Part shown: piece by piece, positions 54,801 through 64,000 of the stretch
Position numbering within the stretch: the first letter of the stretch is position 1
Layout of the letters: every line of letters starts with the position of its first letter
Assembly: GCF_006345805.1 (NCBI RefSeq)
Contig: NC_042998.1
Coordinates: 79,298,001-79,362,000 of the forward strand
Reading direction: 5' to 3'
DNA length: 64,000 nucleotides
Source: Octopus sinensis
Lineage: Eukaryota
Translations under genes and position numbers: made by a program
The notes under the pieces: model-generated
What the model saw: the letters and a program-made list of their open reading frames with translations, nothing else
The model's database searches: none
What the model was told of the DNA's origin: nothing

Positions 54801-55316
54801 TTTTTACATTGCATTATGTTTCGCATTCTTTTAGGTGGTACAATTGCGTGGATATTGATTTAGTGCATCCATTTAAGCAATACTACTGAGTCTTATATTA
54901 TTGTGCACAGACAGTAATATCATTTTCCCTTATTCCTCCTTTATCACTCGCCAAAAGTTGTGTGTGTATTTGTGTGTGTGTTTGTGTGTGTGTATGTGTG
55001 ATGGTGCATGGCTTAGTGATGAGGAGTATAGCACTCCCACTCTTTCACTCTCTCTCTCTCTTTCCTTACTTCCTCTCCCCTACTCTTTCTCACGCACACA
55101 CACACACACACACCACACACACACATACACAAACACACACACATGACGAGCTTCCATTCAATTTTCAGTTTACCTATTTCAGTGACATGACATTAGTTAG
55201 CTAGAGGTTATACACTTAACCACGGTGTTGCAAAGCGGACACGGACTCAAAACTAAATGGTCGAAAAATACACGCATACATACATACATACATACATACA
55301 TACATACATACATACA

Positions 55317-55348
<32 letters not shown>

Positions 55349-55356
55349 CACATACA

Positions 55357-56103
55357 TAACAACCGAAGCAGACTTTGTGGAAAATAACATCCACATCATA
55401 AGCAGACTTTGTGGAAAATAACATCCACATCATAAGAAATTGTTCAAAAATGCCATCACAGTATTATCTACCGATGAAACATGATGTTGTAGCTAGGACA
55501 CTCTGTAATGAAGTCCGCCGGAAGGATAATCCCCAAGACAAAGAAATAAAAAACCACAAGATGGTAGTAGCCATACCCACTCATAATGCAAAGGAATACT
55601 GGTGGCATGTACCAGTGAAGACCTCAACAAAATGTAAGCACAACAGACCTGATATAATGATTTGGGATAGAGAAGAGAAACTGTGCGCAGTTGTGGAAAG
55701 TAGCTGCCGAACATAAATGCTAACATAAAGCTGAAGATCAGTGAAAAAGAACACCTACGCTGAACTATTGAGAAATCTGCAGTTACTCTAAAGAAGCTAA
55801 TTCGAAGACTACCGATCCAGTCCATCACTGGAACTGAAAAAATCTGTAAAACTTTCCAGAAGTTTATCATTTAAATATATATCTAGATATGCAATTATAT
55901 GCATGAGAATACATACATAAAACATACAAATCTGCACATACATACATACATACATACAACCATACATACATACATACATACATACATACATACATACATA
56001 CATACCCTGTTGTTGATGTTGAAATTCCAATGAAGGAGCCTTGGATCTAGGTTAGAAACTGGGTCTTTCACTATCGGCAAGAAATCTTGAAATAAACTGA
56101 ATA
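55357..56103 (+). mobile_element. 5'-truncated R4/Dong-like element (CCHC finger, RLE, 3' UTR) flanked by (TACA)n
   Basis: RLCG..HIIRNC..YYLPMKHDVVA..EYWWHVPVKTSTKCKHNRPDIMIWDREEKLCAVVE; the 3' UTR motif ATTCCAATGA..TTAGAAAC is shared with 1323-1360. Confidence 0.82.
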
Positions 56104-56544
56104 ACATACATATATACAAATATATACATTAATTCACTTTACGCATATTTACTTGTATGTATATGTCTGATTACGTTTATATTTAAATTACGCAGTCCTA
56201 ACTTACTCGTTGCTTAAATATTATAACCTTATTTTTTAGCTTATATCTCGATATATTATTCTTTTTCATTTATTTCTCCTTATTTACTTTAGCTTACTTC
56301 ATTTTCCTTTAACCCCACCCCACATTTTTCTAATAATACAGACGTCTTTCAGTATTATATACTTCAAAATATCACAATATTGGACTTCAATGTTAGCTGT
56401 CTGTTTAATTTATTAGCACTGCTTCACTACAATTCTTAATTCTTACATTGAACTGCGCGAATTTCCATCGTTATTCACCCATTACAGCATCCAAAATTTA
56501 ATAACTACTTAACGACCACTTTCAGTCACAGCTACATATGTGAC

Positions 56545-56767
56545 TAAAAAAGGATCAAAGGCTCATAAGGCCGGGTTTTGCGGCGTATTTATTTCCTTTC
56601 TCACTGGTTCGTCGCAAGATTGCTCATTTTTGCCAGCTAAGTGGACTGGAGCAACGTGAAATGAAGTGTTTTGCTCAAGAACACAATACATCGCCCGGTC
56701 CAGGAATCGAAACCACAACTTACGATCATGAGTGCAACTCCCTAATCAATACGCCACGCGTCTTCAC
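56545..56767 (-). mobile_element. SINE family C
   Basis: Collinear with 47965-48215. Confidence 0.75.
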
Positions 56768-57302
56768 CTTATCTCTACCTAACGATTGCTTTAACACATA
56801 CTCATCTATAAAGTACACAATCTTAATTCAGATCACACTTGCCATTCTTATAGAATTTATATTTGCTTTCACAGAAACAAATTTATATTTGCTTTCACAG
56901 ATATTTTCTTCACGCATTAAATCTGTTTGCCGATAAGGAACCATATTAGTACAATTTGATTACTTTACAAGTACCTATATTTCTTCTGTTGTACATACAT
57001 ACAGTATCATACAGAAAAAAATCAATTCTGATCTACTTTCTTTCTATCTATGTACATCAGTTCCTTTAATATAAACACATTAATATTATTGTTCTTTTCA
57101 CTCAAATTCCTATTAAATTACAATCATATAGCCATGTAGAAACCTTTACTTAGATAATTACTATTGTGGTTAACTATTTTTATGTTTCTATGAGTTATCT
57201 TTCTGTTTATGTTGTTACATTAATCTCCACACACATTATTATGTATCCTATTTTTTTCCTTAACTTCACTCCTTATCATTGATCCTTTAAGTGTGTTAAG
57301 AG

Positions 57303-57353
<51 letters not shown>

Positions 57354-57737
57354 GTTAATCCAAACATGAAAACACAAAGAGAAAACACAACAGCGCGAGG
57401 ACGTGGAACAAATATAGTATTATTGGACGCTCAGGAAGGAAGGGAAGAAGGAGGATTTAACGTTTCGAGCGAAGCTCTTCGTCAGAAACATAGGAAAAGG
57501 AAAGATCCAGAGAAGGGAAGACGGAGGGAAAAAAATCGCCAACAGTACACACGCGGTCACATTTTGAATCAAGTTAATCCAAACATGAAAACACAAAGAG
57601 AAAACACAACAACGCGAGGACATGGAACAAATATAGTATTATTGGACGCTCAGAAAGGAAGGGAAGAAGGAGGATTTAACGTTTCGAGCGGAGATCTTCG
57701 TCAGAAACATAGGAAAAGGAAAGATCCAGTGAAGGGA
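57354..57737 (-). mobile_element. Head-to-tail dimer (219-bp unit, about 1.75 copies) of family D with two hammerheads
   Basis: GTTAATCCAAACATG at 57354 and 57573; hammerhead motifs at 57455-57489 and 57674-57708. Confidence 0.9.
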
Positions 57738-57796
57738 TCCACAGAAGGGATATTATATTTATATTTATATTTATATAATGTATGTATTTGTATATA

Positions 57797-57844
<48 letters not shown>

Positions 57845-59041
57845 AGTATGTATGTGTAATATATATATATAATATATATATTATATATATATATAATATA
57901 TATTTGTGTGTGTGCGCGCGCATGCCTGTGAACCTGTATTGGCAATAGGCTTATTAACAAGCAGGGGTCATTACCGTTCTCAATGATAATGACCGCTGCT
58001 TCTTAAAGAGCTGCTAAACGAAAACTTTCTGGCCTAGCTGACTGAGAGCTTTTTCCACAGCTGTTACAAATATGTCTTTTCTCAGACAAATCCAAGAAAA
58101 AAAGAATCATGACAATAAGCCTAGGAGTGTAGACATGTTTCTCTCAAACCACCAATAGAAAAACAACGCTTATTGCATGATTGACAGGTATATATTCTTT
58201 CAGGCGGTGATAATTAGCTTGCTTTGATTCTTGTAATCTTGAGTAGTCAACAAGACCAGTCATAGAAAGACTAACTTGATTAGAACTTGATCATTTGGAA
58301 GGATTATTGACATCCTCAGGGCTTCCTCTCCTTACGTCTCGTCTTAATTTTGCGTGATCAATGAGAAGCTCCCCAAAATACTTGAACTCATTTAGCATAG
58401 TTTTCTCCCTGATGCTCTGTCAATTGCACTTTATCTTAACTTTCTCCATAAAATTTGCCTTTTCAAGATCGAGTAGATCGAATTAAGTGGTTCTTTCTAT
58501 ATTAAATTCGTTCTATTGCGGATTCTTTTCCAGAACATAATTGTCCACATTTTGTTTGGATTTCTTTCAACTTCTATACGAACTATGTGTCTATAAGAAC
58601 AAACGTCCACAGCAAACACTATTGTGTATATGTGTTTGATCTTATTGTGTATATATGCTATTTTGATCTTTGCTATTTCAATCACTATACTGATTTAAAT
58701 AGTCTAAGAAGCTACCACACACACACATCAGCAAATGTTTTGTTTCATGCTTGGCATACAGAACTGATGTCCCTAGCTAACACGAGATTATTGTGTTGGG
58801 GGATAGCATCTATCACTGAGGAGACGAAGCCACATTGAAATACTGGTGTCTAACAAGTTGTTATTCCAGCATGTTATATTTATAACACCCAAAAGTTTGT
58901 AAGCTTTTCTCCAAAACTAAATCGCGTGGCTAATGCCGATACACGTTTGTTAGCACATATACTATGTATGTTCAGACAGTTATTTTGATTTCTACTGTTT
59001 CGTGCATACACTAAATACATACATACATATATAGGTGTGTG

Positions 59042-59085
<44 letters not shown>

Positions 59086-59196
59086 CTTCACCGAATGTCA
59101 TATCAATACATTCCTTATGCTACGTCCTCACATTCGTTTGTTTTTTTCTTTTATATGTAAATATAAATATAAATATATGTATATGTACATATATAA

Positions 59197-59241
<45 letters not shown>

Positions 59242-59242
59242 A

Positions 59243-59470
<228 letters not shown>

Positions 59471-60284
59471 TATATACTAGCGTATGCCGACACACACACA
59501 TACATACTAACACACACACATGTATATACACATACATATTTATATACACAAAGATAGATAGATAGATAGATATTTCCACATATCTACGCATGAGTGTATG
59601 CATGCATATACAAACGCATACATGTACGCACACGTCTTCATGAGAGAGAGAGAAAGAGAGAGTGCGGGTGTGTGTGTGTGTGTGTGTGTCTGTGTGTCTG
59701 TGTGTGTCTGTGTGTGTGTGTATGTGTGTCTGTGTCTCTGTGTGTGTGTATGTGTGTGTGCTAGTATATGTCTATATTTCATTTTTTATTATTATTGTCT
59801 CCGACTGTTCATACCATTTCATTGTTAAGCGAAGTTCTTTGAGTCAACTGTCTATCGGTCACCTGGTGCTTCAATACACAAACAATAAACTTCCACACTG
59901 AATGCGTCTAATGTGTGAAGTTTGGTTACGTACTTCTATTTATGTATGTGTGTCTATACATATATGTATATACATACACCGATGCACACACACACACACG
60001 AACACACATATACGCATGTCTGCAAATGAATATGTGTGTGTGTGTGTGTGTATAGATACGATGTAGCGTGTGTATGGTGTAGTGTGTGTGAGTGTGTCTG
60101 TATGTGTCAGTGTGTGTGGTGTGTGTGTGTGGCTGTGCTTGCTTTCGTAAGAAAGATATGGTTATCATATTCACATTTACAAACTTAGACACATACATAA
60201 AGGGATAAGCAAATTGATAGGCACATTTGTATATATATATGTATATATGTTTATATATACATATATACACACACACACACACAC

Positions 60285-60328
<44 letters not shown>

Positions 60329-60505
60329 TTCATGTATGTATGTATATGTATATAAATGTGTGTATGTATATATACATATACATATACATATATTTATGTA
60401 TGTGTGTGTATATGTATATATATATAGGGTGCAGTGAATAGATTGTCGTCCAAATTACGCAAAAACGAAAATTGTACGAATGTATGTGTGTGTATGTGTG
60501 CGTGT

Positions 60506-60537
<32 letters not shown>

Positions 60538-61289
60538 CTGTGTGTGTGTGTGTTTGTGTGTGTGTCAGGTCACTTATGAGGCTCTCATAAGTGCTACTGG
60601 TAACATGGAATCCAGTACACCCTGTTGCATTGACGGGTTGTTGGCGACTAAACTGGCACACCCACCAGGATATCATGGTGAGGAGGGTTGCTAGAAACCC
60701 AGCAGGATTAAAAACCTAGTCGGCAAATGTTAGATTTCGGATAAACGGCTATCTAGCAATAGCACGGGTACTCAGAAATTCCGAGATGTTGTCCTGTGTA
60801 CTGAAAGACCACTGGGAGTGCGGCACCCCTCAGCTTCTGTTGAAGCATGTCTCTAGGAGAAAGTCACTCTGATATAAAACCAGATATGCAGGGAATGGCA
60901 TTGGACAATTTGGGGATCTTTGGTTTGTGCTAGAGATCATGGCGCTCCCACAGCCTGCGACTCTTATTGGCACCAGATATCTTGCTTCGACTTATCTCTG
61001 GATAATGTCAATAAAGTGGAGAGAGTCTATGAGGTGTCGTGCAAGACTCATTGGAAAGTAAAACTCTGCACAGGCATTGCTGACCTCTGCTCGATATGTG
61101 CTGCTTTTTTTTGTTCCCTATATATATATTTATTTTATTTTCAGTATATATGTATCTTTATTTTTAGTATATATTTATTTATCTATTGTTAGTATATATA
61201 TATTTTTCGGAAGTCCTGCGGCTATGGGAAGGTGGTGAAGCATGCAGATCTGACGGGTTGGTAGCATGTAGTCAGCGACCTGCACGTAG

Positions 61290-63130
61290 GCGGCCCATGT
61301 TTGATACTATGCAACAAAGACCTATCATTGGCTCCTTAAATTCTACGCCCTCTATAAATGAGGTAATAATATCAATAAGTAAATTGAATCTTGGTAGGGC
61401 ACCTGGAAAGGATGGAATTTGTGCTGAGGTCTTGCGATTTGGTGGTGATTACATCATACAGTCCCTTCATGAACTCATTAGTGCAGTCTGGAGGGATGGT
61501 ACAATGCCTAAGGACTGGAAGGATGCAATTATTCTTCCTCTCTATAAAGGAAAAGGAGCTAAAACAATGTTAGGTAACTACAGAGGTATTGCTCTACTAT
61601 CAGTTGCTGGCAAGGTTCTGGCAAAGATTCTTCTTACCCGCCTGAATGGGTGTCTCATAAGTGATGTCCTATCTGAATCTCAATGTGGCCTCCGATCTGA
61701 TAGAGGGACAATGGATATGATCTTCACAAGATATATGCAGGAGAAGTGCTATGAGCAGAATATGAATCTTGTTCAGGTATTCATTGATTTAATGAAGGCC
61801 TTTGATGCTGTTAATAGGGCCTTGCTATGGAAAATACTTGGCAAACTTCGATGTCCGGATCACTTTGTATCTACAATGGGGATGGAGGCTTGGGTCAATG
61901 CTGATGGTGGCATGGCGGGACTCATTCCTGTAGAGAATGGTGTCAAGCAGAGTGACACCATTGCCCCAACTCTCTTTTCTTTGTACTTTTATTCATGTTT
62001 TACTAAGGTTAGCTCTCTGGGAATATATGTCAGGTATCGATCTTCTGTCCGCCTCTTTAATCTGCGCCGATTTACTGCCATTTCAAAAGTTTCCCATCTT
62101 TATACAGATGACTGTGTCTTAGTCACTCATACAGTGGGTGACATGCAAATACTTATGAATTGTATTTCTGCTTCTTACAAGGCATTTGAACTCAGCATTA
62201 GCCTGGACAAGACTGTTGTAATGTTCCAGCCTGCACCAGGAAACCCATATGTGGAACCAGTTATCTTAGTTGAAGGAATAATTCTGAATGTGGTAGACAA
62301 ATTTGTCTACCTGGGGAGCACACTCAGCCGTTCTTGCTCCCTGGATGATGAAATATCTTTCAGGCTGCCGAGAGCAACTGATTGCTTCCGATCTTTTCAA
62401 TATCGTATCTAGTCCCAGGATGGCATCACAAGCAAACAAAAATTGCTGTGTACTGTGCATGTTTTACTCATGTCAGACATGGACTCTTTACAAACGTCAT
62501 GTAAGGGTCCTTGAACGCTTTTATCAGAGATGTCTCAGACAGTCTGAATGTTGGCTGGTCCTTAAAAACTCCAGACACACAGGTCCTGAGGACAGCTGAT
62601 ATCTTGAGTATTGAGGCGATGGTGCACAAGCACCGGTTACGTTGGACTGGGCACCTTATTTGAATGAAGGATAGCAGGATCCCTAAGTAGATGCTATATG
62701 GGGAACATGTGAATGGAAAGAAACCCCGGTAGAAACCAAGGCTACGATTTAAGGTCTGTGTCAAGTCCTCATTAAAGGCCTGTGAGATGCAGGAGACTGA
62801 CTGGGAGAACAATGCCTATCATCGCCACAGATGGAGGAAGCAGGTTAAGGAAGGGGGTTGACACTTTTAAGAGAGCACGTATTCTGCATGAAGAACTTAA
62901 GCGTGCTACTCGAAGGCGCACTGCTGATGTAGTAAATGGGGAAAGCTTGGTTTGCAATGTTTGCATTCGTGTATGCTTGTCAAGAGTGGGGCTCATCAGA
63001 CACCAACGGAGTCGCAAATGCAGAATATATGTTAGTCCTAGAGCGCACAATGTTCCTGTATGTATGTATGTATGTATGTATGTATGTATGTATGTATGTA
63101 TGTATGTATGTATGTATGTATGTATGTATC
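61290..63130 (+). mobile_element. RTE-clade LINE: degenerate RT (ORF 61186-62412), C-terminal zinc finger, (TGTA)n tail
   Basis: GRAPGKDGI, NYRGIALLS, SESQCG, FIDLMKAFD, GVKQ..APTLF, YTDD, FVYLGS, CNVCIRVCLSRVGLIRH; internal deletions and stops. Confidence 0.92.
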
Positions 63131-63267
63131 GATGGATGGATGGATGTATATACATACGCAAACTTGTATGTGGCGTGGCTGTGTGGTATATAACTTGCTT
63201 CCTAATCACATGGTTACTGGTTGAATCCCACTGCGTGGCACCTTCTACTGTAGCTTTGAGCCGACCG

Positions 63268-63319
<52 letters not shown>

Positions 63320-63414
63320 ACACATATATATAAAGTGGGGACAAGTATAAAGAACAAAATACAGAGGAAAGGCAATGAAAAGAGACTTTTTTAAGTAAAA
63401 TTTCTTTCATAAAA

Positions 63415-63640
63415 TATTTCCGCCGAGGTCAACTTTGCCTTTCATCATTTTGCTGTCGACAAATGGGTACCAGTTGAGCAGTGGGATCGATGTAATCGAT
63501 TCACCGATGAAGAGCTATGCTCGAAACGTTAACAACTCTCTCCTTTCACCAAGCGTCAAATTAATATATTGCTTGTGCACGTCCTCACGTTCGATTTTTT
63601 GTTTTTTTTCTGTTTTTTAATTGTTGTTCTTTGAATTGAC
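63415..63640 (+). mobile_element. SINE family B fragment fused to a family D-like hammerhead fragment
   Basis: CCGCCGAGGTCAACTTTGCCTTTCATC..GATGTAATCGA is followed directly by CCGATGAAGAGCTATGCTCGAAACGTT. Confidence 0.7.
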
Positions 63641-63641
63641 A

Positions 63642-63724
<83 letters not shown>

Positions 63725-64000
63725 TTTTATATATATATTATATATATAATATATATATATAGTTATATATATATATATAATATATATATATAGTTATATA
63801 TATATATATAATATATTATATATATATATAATATATCATATAAATATACATGCATATACATATATTCATACTACGTACATGTACGCACACAACGCACGTA
63901 CACATACATGCACATATACATAAGAGAGAGAAAGAAAGAGTTACCGAGATTTTTTTCTTTTTTTTTTTTTGGCTTTCTCGTAAAAATGTATGCGTGTGTG

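Noticed and set aside
56025-56070. Hammerhead-like motif in the R4-like 3' UTR
   Set aside because: The core reads CCAAUGA in both copies rather than CUGANGA, and no convincing stem I or stem III forms.

Overview
AT-rich, microsatellite-saturated eukaryotic DNA, most likely an octopus/cephalopod genome (inferred from the tRNA-derived SINE families; not verified). Almost every ORF in the supplied track is a microsatellite artefact. The only clear host coding sequence is a terminal exon (26532-26707, +) encoding zinc fingers 2-3 of a huckebein-like (Sp/KLF-related) factor. The rest is transposon debris: several SINE families (some in tandem arrays), RTE-clade LINEs, Penelope-like elements (RT plus GIY-YIG), R4/Dong-like RLE retrotransposons flanked by (TACA)n, a mariner remnant, a hAT MITE and a foldback element. 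There is one 100-N gap. The most striking signal is about 15 type I hammerhead-ribozyme motifs (CUGANGA...GAAAC-palindrome-GUH) from several unrelated sequence contexts, mostly beside (TA)n tracts. One 219-bp hammerhead-bearing non-coding unit occurs dispersed and as a head-to-tail dimer, resembling a non-autonomous retrozyme-like element. All folds and family calls were made by eye, and repeat boundaries are approximate.
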